DNA of 64,000 nucleotides from Octopus sinensis (lineage: Eukaryota): positions 59,904,464 to 59,968,463 of the forward strand of contig NC_043011.1 of NCBI RefSeq assembly GCF_006345805.1, given 5' to 3'. The notes beneath the pieces are model-generated. The model was not told the origin of the DNA. It saw only the letters and a list, made by a program, of their open reading frames with translations, and ran no database searches. The position numbers were made by a program, and so were the translations under genes. The first letter of the stretch is position 1. The number at the start of each line of letters is the position of its first letter. Below are positions 52,521 through 64,000 of the stretch, piece after piece.

Positions 52521-55500
52521 TTAGGTAAGTTACAGGGACATGGTAACAGAAACAGAAAGAAAAAAAAAACAAAAAAAAAAAAACAAATGTGAAACATGTC
52601 CACTAGTGCTGTCACCCTTAGTTGTTAATGAAAGATAATATTTTTCATTAGTCTTCAGCTAATAATATTTTTGTTTTAATTTTAAAACAAAAGATGAATC
52701 TATTCTTTCACTGGTGCCAGACAGTTAGTTGCAACCATGCTGGGATTTGTCATATTCTTTTGCAGTTCCACACTTGTTATCATTAAATAATCTTTCATCT
52801 CCAGAACAGTCTATTGTAGAAGCAGTCAATGGGAATCTATGAAGAATCTTAGGCAAAGCCAGACAATGAATCGAATACCAACTGATTGTAACAACTGTCG
52901 CATTCGACTGTGTTTGTTAAGACAGGCTTCACTGGTTAAGTTACAGTTAAACTATTTAATGCAGCAAAATTTCAAAAGCTAATTAGAAATAACAAGTCAC
53001 TGAAGAAAGAAATACCGTTAATCAATCACTGATAATTTGTCTTTAGCATTTTTGTTCTTTTTTTTTTGTCCCATCACTGTATGTTTTAAGAAGCTTGTTT
53101 CACAACTGTGTAATTTTGAGTTCAATTCCCATCCACTCTGTAAATTGCAAGCATTTTAAATATAGCATGTGTGTGTGTGCAGATATGTGTGTATGTGTCC
53201 ATGTTTATGCATAAGTACAGGAAACAACTCTGGACATGTTTCAGTTTTATTCCAACCTCGTCAATAAAACAAAAAATTCACTCCTAAGTAAATGTACAAT
53301 ATTGTACATTTACTGACATAGCACACTGGCAGTGTTTAGAGCAGTATTTCTCAAGATGGACCTTGACAATATTTTTGCAGGGTCTGGGGTCTTCAGAATG
53401 GAATGTTCCAAAGTTTGGTACAAGGCCAGCAATTTTTAAGGGGCCCCAGTAATTTTTGATTTGACCCCAGTACTCTACTGATACTTTATTTTATCAATCC
53501 CAGATAGATGAAAGGCAAAGCTGACTTCAGCAGGATTTGAACTCAGAATGTAAAGAGCCAGGAGAAACATTGCTAAGCAGTAATGATTCTGCCAATTTGC
53601 TATGATGATGATGATGAGGAGGAGGAGGAGGAGGAGGGGGAGGGAAATTGAAAGAGATACAATTGACAGAAATGTAAAAGCAAAGGAAAACAAAGACTGA
53701 AATAGTTCTTCACTTGTTTGAGGTGTAAAACACTTTTGAAAATAATTATGGTAAATATCAAGATGAAGACACTCTGGTTCTTAGCAGAAGATTTGATAAA
53801 ACAAGAAGGAATGACAGAACTTGTGTGTCAAGAAAATGGGAAAGATATAGAATATCGCTATGGAATAGTATTTCCATTTCAAGATAAAGAATTTCAGTGA
53901 AGACAATGGAGCCAGTGGAGAGAATGGATACAATGCATATAGCAACAACTGAGAACCCAGTCACTAAATTTAACACAAAGTTCAATCCAATATGCCTACC
54001 ACTAATGAAAATGAAATTAAATACCTTTAAATTGACATATATTTTATATTCTTTTTCTGTGGAATGAGAGCAATGGGTTACATGGAATGAAGACTTCTCT
54101 GCAGAAGACACTTGAAAACGAAAAGTGACAAAATGAGGAGAAGAATGTATAAATGTAAATGTAATAAGATAGGAGAAAAAGTAACAAGGTTAACCATTTA
54201 AGAATTGGTTTTGTCACCTGGATTAACTTTACAAGGTTTTTCGTTTCCTCCAGTTACCTTTTGGAATGTTGTTTTAAGTTATTTTGGTCGAGAAGTTTAC
54301 TTAACTACATACTCCTGGGTTCAAATCTCTAGCACAGCACCTTGGCTGACTGCTGTCATATTTTAGGTAGCTCCAAAAGATTTTATTTAGTTTATTTTTG
54401 GTAACAAGAGTAGCAAGGGAGTATTTGTAACTCAATGCAGAATAAATATCCTAAAGGAATTTGTTTGTAAAACACCATTCCTTTTTTTATCTTGCCAATG
54501 ATTATATCCTTCACAGATGCAAATCAGCAAATGTCATACACACACACACACACAGCAAGCTTCCACATAGTTTCCATCTATCAAATTCAGTACAGAAGGT
54601 ATTATTGGTTGACCTCAGGCTAAAGGAAAAGACATTTAGTTAAGGTGCTGTGCAGCGGGAATCAATCCAGAAACACTTAGTTGTGTAGAAAACTTCTGAT
54701 CCACACTGTATGGCCAATAAAATTTGATAGAAAACATATACTGTATGTGTGCATATGGTACTGTAAGAATATGACAAAAATCAGCAGAGCATCAAACAAA
54801 AATACCTTGTGGTATTATAGTCTTTCCTTGCTGATCCCATTACATTATACTCAGATCCTCTAAAACAGTCCTTCTTCAGAAGTTGATGCAATAAATCCTG
54901 GACAGAGTATTAGGGTCAATATAATTAACTGAAATCTTTTAGCATTGAAACCAGCCACATCCAGATCAAATATTCTGTTTTACGTTCAAATTATCCAGAT
55001 CTGGCTTTTTGCACCCACCCTACAATGTCATTCTAAAAATAAACAACCATATCATCAAATTATTCTTTTTTACTCTAGGCACAGGGCCCGAAATTTTGGG
55101 GGAAGGTGGGGGCAGTCGATTAGATCGACTCCCAGTATGCAACTGGTACTTTAATTTATCGACCCTAAAAGGATGAAAGGCAAAGTTGACCTCAGAAGAA
55201 TTTGAACTCAGAACGTAAAGACAGATGAAATATTGCTAAGCATTTCACCCAGCATGCTAACATTTCTGCCAGTTCACCGCCTCCCATCATCAAAATATTG
55301 CATGATTGATTCCAAACAACAAATAAATAGGCATTACATTTGGCAGAGTAATGTTGAGGGGGTTAGAGGGGCTGTCACAGCTTCATTACATTTGTAACCA
55401 GTAAAGCAAGCAAAGAATGAAATATTCAAGTTGTCTTTAATTTAAATAACGATTCCAAAAGACCTTAACTTCATTTGCCATCAACCTTACAACTGTAGCA

Positions 55501-56585
55501 ATTTGTTGATACCTAAGAAATCAATATCTGATAACTTTCTTATTCAAAGATACTTCAAAGTTTCATAGTTATTCTATGTGTAAGAGGCAGATAAAGCTCA
55601 CCAGAATGAAACTATTTGAATACTTGAAAATCTTTTCAATTTCCATAACTACAAAGTATTAGAGATGTCAGAGGTGTCAGAGAATATTGTCAGCAAACTA
55701 AAGAAGCAGTGGGTTAGTGTTGTGTCGAGTAGGATGTCTGAAGAGGAAGAATAAGCAGAGAGTAGCAGTGAAGATGTCCAGAAAGCAGTAGAATAGCAGA
55801 ACTATTGAGGAGTGGCAATAACTGGGAAGTAGCAAGAAAATGTAAGGAGTTTAGTAGGAGATTGTGAGTTCAAATCCCACCACAGCAAGTTAATGATACT
55901 TTGACATCTGTAATATTAATATCAGTAATATTTTGAGATTAATTTAATTTCCACCCTCCTTGCAGAGAAATTAGCTTTGTACATGGTTGACTTAATCATC
56001 ATCATCACCTGTTTTTCTTGCCGGCATGAGTTGGATGGTTTGACAGGATTTGGCAAGCCACAGACTTGCACCAGGCTCCAATTGTCTGTTTTGGTATGGT
56101 TTTTGCAGCTGGATGTCCTTCCTGATGTGAACCATTTTACAGAGTGTACTGGATGCTTTCTACATGGCACTGACCTGACACAGGTGCCTTTTAACTGGCA
56201 CAGGCATAGGTGTCTTTTGTAGGGCCACAGACTGGATTTGAACTATGTATGTATCTATAGCTGGCTTTGGGTTCTATCAGTTGGTTGTTGCATTTCTGTG
56301 TCTCAGATTACTTCTTAGCTGTTATTTCATTTATAATGTTTAATTAACGATATCAACAAGAAAAGTCTACTAATCATGACACGTTAGATATAGGAGCTAA
56401 CTCTAGAGTACATCATGAATTTTACTACAGGAATTTCTGGTGGCATTAAATATATTTAATATTTACATCTATTCTTTTCACTTAAAGACATTGTAAACTT
56501 ATCTTAAAATGTTATATGTTTTAAAAGTATCTTTACAGCCTTGGGATATCACACACACCCACCCACCCATACACACGCACACACA

Positions 56586-56629
<44 letters not shown>

Positions 56630-57600
56630 TCTTCTCAATATTATTTTGATTTCCTCGATACCATATAGGTTTAATGGTAAATTTCTCTTGAAGCCATTTA
56701 TAGCAACTATATATTGATTTCTTCATAACAAATCAAATCAAATTTCAATAGAAATCAAAAATGAGTATTTTTTTTCTTTTACACAATTTTAAACATTTCC
56801 AGTGTATATTTTTATCAAAATAATGAAGAAACTCTCCAAAAAAAAAAAAAAAGATTATGCTTTCAGTTATAATATGATATAATACACAACGAATTGTATT
56901 TCTTTGATAATAACTCTATTTGTACCACATTCCATTCTTGTTGTGCGTCAGACATAAAATTAAGTTAAAAGCAAGAAGCAAAGGAATTATCTATAGTTTT
57001 CAACAGGAAGAGAACTGTATTTCAGCTGCATTCTTCAAACTTAAAGACTTTTATAAGTACTGAGTTACCATATACATTGTTTCTATGAACTTTTGTAGAA
57101 GGCTGAACTCATGAAAATACCTGTGAACAGCAAAAAGTAATGAGACCAAGAATTAGTTTTGATTCCTAAATGACTTAATTAAATATTCGGACAGGTGTTC
57201 TGAAACCATTATAAGATCTAAGAGTTGATAAGAAATTTTAGGAAATTCTTTTCCTACCACTATGAAAGTGAGTTTCACTTTAGATGTTAGAAGGAGTATC
57301 TACAACCATCTACGTATAGAGTGTTGTGAAACTGCAATGGGAATATTGAAGAATTAAACAACCATTTCCGATAAAATGAAAGAACTACCATCAGAAGTAT
57401 TCATAATAAGTATCACTATGGCACCCATTCTCTCTCTCTCTCTCTCTCTCTCTTATATAAACATACATAGATATATATAAAGGTGGTGATGATGATGATA
57501 TATGATAAAATAAATGAAAAAAACAGAATCGTTTCATGGATTAATTTGGAAGTAACGTTCTCCAGAAAAGCTTAGTAAGAAATCTTCATAATCAAATAAA

Positions 57601-57796
57601 TTAACCCTTATGTTGCCGTATTTCTGCAGAAATTCACTGCCTTGGTTTCATATAATTTGGAAAAGAATTCAATAAGATAACTTTGCCATTATTAAGTTGG
57701 TTTTTGAAAAAAATAAACATCAACTTTTGGTGGACGGAATTAATTTGAATATATTTAAATGCATGAAATGTGCATAAAAGAGCCAGGTTGGGTTAA
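57601..57796. mobile_element. TTAA-flanked piggyBac-like MITE
   Basis: ttaaccctt ... ggttgggttaa. Confidence 0.5.
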
Positions 57797-58155
57797 TATA
57801 AAAATGGTTAAGATATCATAGAATTAAATAAAAAAAAAAAATGAAAGCCTTTCACTAGGTTTGAACACTTGAAATATCAGCTGTCAGTCCACTACTTTCT
57901 CCACATGTCTATTTTAATTCTTCCAGAGAACTGAAATAACAGTCAATGATACAGTAAAGCATTCAAGTAATACTTCTCCTTTAAAAGTTCCCATCTATAG
58001 GACATTAACCTCTACGTATTTTTTTTTCTATTGCTGTTCAAGAAATGTTTACTGATTAAATAGTCACAGATTAAGATAAGCATTTTCCAAGACAATGAAA
58101 CAACTACAAATATTATATAATATAATATATATAATATAATATAATATATATATAT

Positions 58156-58204
<49 letters not shown>

Positions 58205-58497
58205 CATTACATGTATGTGTATAAATGCTCTTCCTCTCCCCTGTAGCACTTTTAAGAGCTGAGTATACTTGCATTCTGCATCTCAAGTAGCCGTATTACA
58301 TATATTGTTTCCAAAACCAATCAGATTTAATGGAATATTTCTGGTAAACGATTCTAACTATAAAAAGAAAGGAAATACTCGAGTCATAAAATTCTCTGAG
58401 ATAAAAATGCTTTAAAGTGTTGTCATCTCCTTATATGGAAGGATTAAACAGCACACTCGATACCAGGATGTAAATCTATTGATAAAGAGAATCAAAC

Positions 58498-58535
<38 letters not shown>

Positions 58536-60499
58536 GCACTCACGCACTTACCCCCCACCCCCACCCCCAGACATCTCAACTAGACATAAAACTTGAAGGA
58601 TAGTGATGGTGATTCACATCAGCAAAATTATGAGTGAAAGGTCCTGTCTGAAATATTTATCTGTCATTCATCTCAAAACAGAACTAAATACCCTTCTTTT
58701 ATGTAAATGTGTGTGTTTGGTTATGAGTATATATATATATAAATTTCTGACCGTTAGACGATATACCACAATCTCCTATTTTGTCGGGTTTGTTCTGAGT
58801 CTGCGCAGTGTTTTGAATAGTTTAGAAAGAGCATTTCGATAGACGCACATGGGTCTATTGATATGGTCTTCCCATCATTAACAGGAATCTTACTGAAGAG
58901 CCAGCCTGAGTAAATAAATACTATTTTTATTACTGAATTTGGCGAAACTGCAGTATAAGAAAAGTTAAGTTTGTAAAAGTTTTTAATTTTCATCTCACTA
59001 AATTTATCCAGCTATTGTGTATCTAGTGCACTCTTCGCCTTGAATGTAATGATATATGTATAATATATGGCGTGTACTGGTACACCGGCGATTATAATTA
59101 ATTTTATTGTATCGCATTTATCTTTGTTTACATATATATATATATATATACAACACACAAGTCCATTTTCCAAGCTAGCATGGGTTGAACAAGTGAAGTA
59201 TTTAAAGTGGTATTTCTCCTGGCTGGTTGTTCTCCTTGTTGCCAACCCTTATTTGTTTTTCAAGTAGGGCTTTTGTATTTCCCTTTATTCCAGAGGAATT
59301 TGAAAGTGCAGAGTTAACGGCTGATGTGTTAACAAGGAATGTCAACAACCTTCACTACAAGCTGTTCAGCTACAAAGAATGACGATGCTTCTATTTATTC
59401 TGGAACTGAATGAAGTCATATAACTTTTAAAAATGACATGTAGTTTTAGAGAAGGCAACATCAAGATATATCAACTTAATTCTTTGTTTATTAAATAAAA
59501 ATCTACACTGCTAAAAGACAATTGAATTTTCAATGGATCTAGAGACAGAATTAAACCAACAGAAATTGCTGTATTTCATAATCCTTTCTACTCTAGGCAC
59601 AAGGCCCGAAATTTTGGGGAGAGGGTTAGTCGATTGTATCAACCCCAGTACCTGACTGGTACTTAATTTATTGATCCCGATAGGATGAAAGGCAAAGTCG
59701 ACCTTGGTGGAATTTAAACTCACAACATAGTGACGGATGAAACACTGCTAAGCATTTTGTCCAGCGTGCTAACGATTCTGCCAGCTCCCTGCCTTGTAAT
59801 TCATGATCTTTTCCACACTAGGCACAAGGCCTGAGATTTTTGGGGAGGGGACCAGTCGATTAGATCGACCCCAGTATGCAACTGTTACTTAATTTATCGA
59901 CCCTGAAAGGACAAAAGGCAAAGTTGACCTCGATGGCTTGTGCTTCTTAATAGAACATCGGAAAACTGCTTCCCATACCAAAACCCTTTGCATCAATGCT
60001 ATCTCTCTGTCTCTGTCTCTCTATCTATCTTTTTTTCTCTAGTTACATATGAATGCTACATCCAAATATTGACAAAGATGTGCTGTCTGAAGGTGTTGTG
60101 AGCAAAGAAAAACCAAGGGCTATAATAACAGACTTTTCATCTCCAGTGCTAGTACCAAAATGTAGGATATTTCACTGGGATAAATCCATCCCAACTGGAA
60201 GCAACCAGCAATATTGATAAGCTGTGTCTCATACTAAATGATAAGAAAAAGGTGTTTGATTATTGAATAGGTGTCACAAAGGCAGCAACCAGTTGCTGAA
60301 CAGCAGCAAGGAAAGTAAATGCAGCAACAAAGTGTGGTGAACTGTGAGAACATTGGACAGAAAACTTTGTAGTATTGGTCGATCCAATAAATGTCACACT
60401 GCAATACTTGTTGGTTATTTAAGCAAGGTGTTTGAGGAAGGTAAATGGGTTGGATGTGGGGGTTAAAGAACGAGCAAGAACTCTTGGAATATGCATATA

Positions 60500-60695
60500 C
60501 AGTAACCCTTCGACTATCACAGGTGTTATGTTCCAAAACCTCCCACAGAAATAATTAAAATCTAAAAAAGTATAAATATCTATCGACCGCAGAAACCTGT
60601 AATATAGTCAAAAGTCTGCGATATAAATTAACCAGAAAAATCCACAATGTACTGAGTGCGCAAAAGGTGAACCGTGATATGGTGAGGAATTACAG
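60500..60695. mobile_element. Tigger/pogo-like MITE
   Basis: TA + cagtaacccttcgactatcacagg ... ccgtgatatggtgaggaattacag; degenerate terminal inverted repeats. Confidence 0.6.
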
Positions 60696-61699
60696 AACAC
60701 CTGTTACCTATTTTTTCTGATGTTGATCTTATGGCTTACATTAGACATATACCTATACAAATTGTCATAACTTTCAGTGTTGGTTCTAATTTCTATACAA
60801 AATCTGTAGAAATAACTTAAAAAAGGGAATACTTTCTAACACTGGTTCTGGCTCTCTACATTCTGAGTTCAAATCTTGTTGAAGTCAATTTTGCTTTTAA
60901 TCCCTGTTTTATTTTGTGTATGTGTGTGTGTGTGTGTATGGGGTAGGGGTAATAAAAATGTATCAGTCTAAGACGGTGGATTGGCAGAACTGTAAGAATG
61001 TTGGAATCTTGGAGTATTTCTTCTCGCTCTTTCTGTTCTAAGTGCAAATTCTGCTCTGGGCCACTTGGGTAGTAGACTTAACCCATTGCCTAAATTTAAC
61101 ACCAACACCTGGCTTCCTTGGATACCTTTGGTGGTGTCCATTCTGCTGCAAGCATTGGGGTCCGGTTTTTGGTTTAAGGATATTATCCTCTCTCTTCTTC
61201 TAATTTTAGAGGCCCTGTAACAGGTTATGGGCATTATCATCCTTCCTGATTAAAAGATAGAAAACCAATGCTCAAAAGTAAGGAGAATAGTGTCTTGTGC
61301 ATCAAGAATGAATTCTCCAAGAAGCAATCAGTTCCTCAATGCAATCTCAGAATTGCTTGATGGATCTGTCTCAACAAGGACCAAGATGAGAACTATTTTT
61401 TTCTACTCTAGATACAAGGCCCGAAATTTTGGGGGAGGAAGCCAGTTGATTGGATCGACCCCAGTATACACTGGTACTTAATTTATCGACCCCGAAAGGA
61501 TGAAAGGCAAAGTTGGAATTTGAATTCAGAACGTAAAGACAGACAAAATACCACTAAGCAGTTTGTCCGGTGTGCTAATGTTTCTGCTAGCTTGTTGCCT
61601 TAAGATGAGAATTATTGCCACACCAATGAAAGATTCTTACATGATTATATTTCAAATACATTTGAAAAATATGCTAATATTGAAAGGTAACAGGACCTT

Positions 61700-62075
61700 C
61701 CTGGACTTGAGATCTTTATAGCTCATCACATGTTGAAGGTTGAATTTTTCTTTTTTGCGATTCAGAGGCAACAAATAAATACAAAATACCTGTAGAACAA
61801 ATGCGACAGTGAAGACCATAAACTCTGCAGAAACAACTGAAATGCTGATTTTGGAATGGGTGTTCCTTTAGCTTCAAATATTTTATGATAGGGATGTTAA
61901 TGCAACTATAAGTAACTTTTAAATCATTTCTGTTGAACATCTTGCAATTTGTAGTAGTTTTGTACATAGATGAGTCCTTAACAAGCGGGCCTATGACTAA
62001 AGGGAGTTTATTCAGGATTAGTTCCACAGCAATTTCTAGCAAGTTAAGCAACCACAAACAGTTTCCCTCGTAGGC
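61700..62075 (-). mobile_element. Decayed Penelope-like element fragment (pre-GIY-YIG region)
   Basis: KMFNRNDLKVTYSC resembles the PLE motif KIFNRNTxKxSYSC. Confidence 0.55.
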
Positions 62076-62327
62076 TTGTGCAACTTCATCACCATCATTT
62101 AACATCTGTTTTTTCATGCTGGCATGGGTTGGATGGTTTGACAGGAGCAGGCAAGCCATGAGCTACACCAAGTTCCACTGCCTGTTTTGGCATTGTTTCT
62201 ACAGCTGGATGCCCTTCCTAAAGCCAACCACAGGGTGCTTTTTACATGGCACAGGCATGTACCTTGCAAGACAAAACTCCATCAACTACGAGCGAGAGGA
62301 TTTGAGTAAATGATTGTTATATAAGCT

Positions 62328-62622
62328 TTAACCCTTTTGATAGCAACCTGCCCAAAACTACTCCTGGTTCTGATACAAATTCCTGCTTTGTAACAGGATT
62401 TTAATTAAAACCTCCCATAAAAATTTTGCATTAATTTGTTCCAAACACCAGCTTAATAATTGAAGCAAAGACACCATTTGTCTATTGAGGGAAATTTTCT
62501 CCATGACAAAACACAGTGAATGGCCTGTTTACCAGCTCAAACATGCAACAAGCGTATTCAAACTGGTAACAACATTGCAAAGACAGTGTATTTCCACAGA
62601 AACATATAAACAAAAGGGTTGA
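62328..62622. mobile_element. TTAA-flanked piggyBac-like MITE (related copies about 16862-17302 and 47410-47630)
   Basis: ttaacccttttg ... caaaagggttga terminal inverted repeats. Confidence 0.55.
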
Positions 62623-62715
62623 AAGTTTCCAGTTTTGGTGGACTTTGTTATTGTTAAGTGATGAGAAGAAGAAAAAAAATGCATAAGAATGAAATAAGAA
62701 AAATTGGGAACTTAC

Positions 62716-62912
62716 TCAAGTATTGGCATCGATCCACGTCTCTTACATTTCTGGATCATGTTAGCTTGATTTTTAAGATTAATTATGATCGTGGAAGGTT
62801 TTAATTTGCACGGTTCACCATCAACTTGCATAGGTATTGTTTTGTAGGTAGTCAGCTTCACCTCTTGACACTGTGTCAGTCGTTCTCCATGACCACCGAC
62901 CTGTACTGTTGC
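62716..62912 (-). CDS. DGKZ: DGK exon, kinase accessory domain end: [65 protein letters not shown](D)
   Basis: Acceptor tttctatttcAG, donor GTaagt; 197 nt, phase 0 to 2; contains the DGK accessory motif QVDGEP. Confidence 0.95.
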
Positions 62913-63090
62913 CTGAAATAGAAACGAAATATTATTATACAGGTTTATTGCGAATGAATTAGCTGGCAGGAGTTTCAGTATAGAACAGCATTGGGGACAT
63001 TATGATCAGGTGTCTGAGACAGAATGGACACATGTGGTTTAAGCCAGGAGACTTCTTTCTCTTTACTGTCTCAAGTGATTACTGTTGCAT

Positions 63091-63122
<32 letters not shown>

Positions 63123-63843
63123 TTTCTACTTTTTCTACTCTAGGCACAAGGCCTGAAATTTTTGGAGAGGGTGCCAGTCGATTAGATTGACCCCAGTACA
63201 CAACTGGTATTTAATTTATTGCCCCCGAAAGGATGAAAGGCAAAGTTGACCTTGGCAGAATTTGAACTCAGAACACGAAGACAGACGAAATACCGCTAAG
63301 CATTTTGTCCGGTGCGCTAAAGGTTTCTGCCATCATCATCATCATCATCATCACCACTGTCATTTTAATGTTTACTTTTCCATGCTTGCCTGTGTTAGCT
63401 GGAGTTTACAAGCAATGTGTTTCATTTGCAATATTCTGCAAAAACAATGTCAGACAGGGTGATATTAACTTACTTAGAAACAGATGAGGGTCCGCAACAG
63501 GAAGAGCATCCAACCATAGAAAATCTGCCTCAACACATTTTGTCTGACTCATGTAAGCAGGGAAAAGTGGATATTCTTTTCTACTCTAGGTACAAGGCCT
63601 GAAATTTTGGGGGAGGAGGCTAGTCAATTAGATCAATCCCAGTACACAACTGGTACTTAATTTATCGACCCCAAAAGGATGAAAGGCAAAGTTGACCTCG
63701 GCAGAATTTGAACTCAGAATGTAAAGACAGACAAAATACTGCTAAGTATTTTGCCTGGCATGCTAATGTTTCTGCCAGTTTGCTGCCATGAGAAAAAGTG
63801 TATATTTAAAACATTGATGACATTAATGATCTCTCTCCCCCAC

Positions 63844-63895
<52 letters not shown>

Positions 63896-64000
63896 GTACA
63901 CACAAAATAAATCAATGACCAGTACTTTCGATATGATCAATATGTTCCATTTTGCCATTCCAAACATCAGCTTTAGCTAAAACAAAAGAACTGACCCGAA

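Larger units (their letters stand above)
10678..62912 (-). other. DGKZ: Span of the 3' portion (12 coding exons) of a type IV diacylglycerol kinase gene (DGK zeta/iota, rdgA family); 5' end outside window
   Basis: Hand-spliced join 62912-62716, 48273-48176, 41789-41710, 39268-39214, 34683-34434, 26577-26501, 23732-23695, 19229-19109, 16791-16755, 15987-15888, 14656-14593, 10730-10678 = 1170 nt, one open frame, all GT-AG. Peptide follows the human DGKZ/DGKI order I recall: [43 protein letters not shown], ankyrin repeats, EDQETAV*. Confidence 0.95.

Noticed and set aside
53700-54170. Purine-rich stretch with short ORFs, possible LINE remnant
   Set aside because: No recognisable RT or endonuclease motif in the frames I translated

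Overview
AT-rich, microsatellite- and SINE-dense eukaryotic DNA. The repeat content and composition suggest an octopus/cephalopod genome (inference). Most of the window (10678-62912, minus strand) is the 3' part of a type IV diacylglycerol kinase gene (DGKZ/DGKI/rdgA family). I reconstructed 12 coding exons by hand. All have GT-AG junctions and compatible phases, and they total 1170 nt (389 aa + stop). They encode the end of the kinase accessory domain, a linker, the ankyrin repeats and a C-terminal PDZ-binding EDQETAV; the 5' exons lie beyond 64000. The introns hold at least four tRNA-derived SINE families, DNA-transposon MITEs, mariner and RTE remnants and several Penelope-like element (PLE) relics. 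The most unusual signal is a set of minimal type I hammerhead ribozyme motifs tied to the PLE relics. (i) A PLE whose terminal repeat begins with a tRNA-like Pol III head and carries a hammerhead; that head-plus-hammerhead unit also occurs alone with a 13-bp target-site duplication, like a hammerhead-bearing SINE. (ii) Two same-strand copies of that hammerhead flank a 55-nt exon in the host pre-mRNA. (iii) A 198-bp near-perfect palindrome encodes an identical hammerhead-like motif on each strand. A pre-tRNA-Asp/SINE chimeric retrocopy with a 15-bp TSD is also present. Nearly all ORFs in the supplied track are microsatellite or repeat artefacts. Repeat boundaries are by eye and approximate; no database searches were run.
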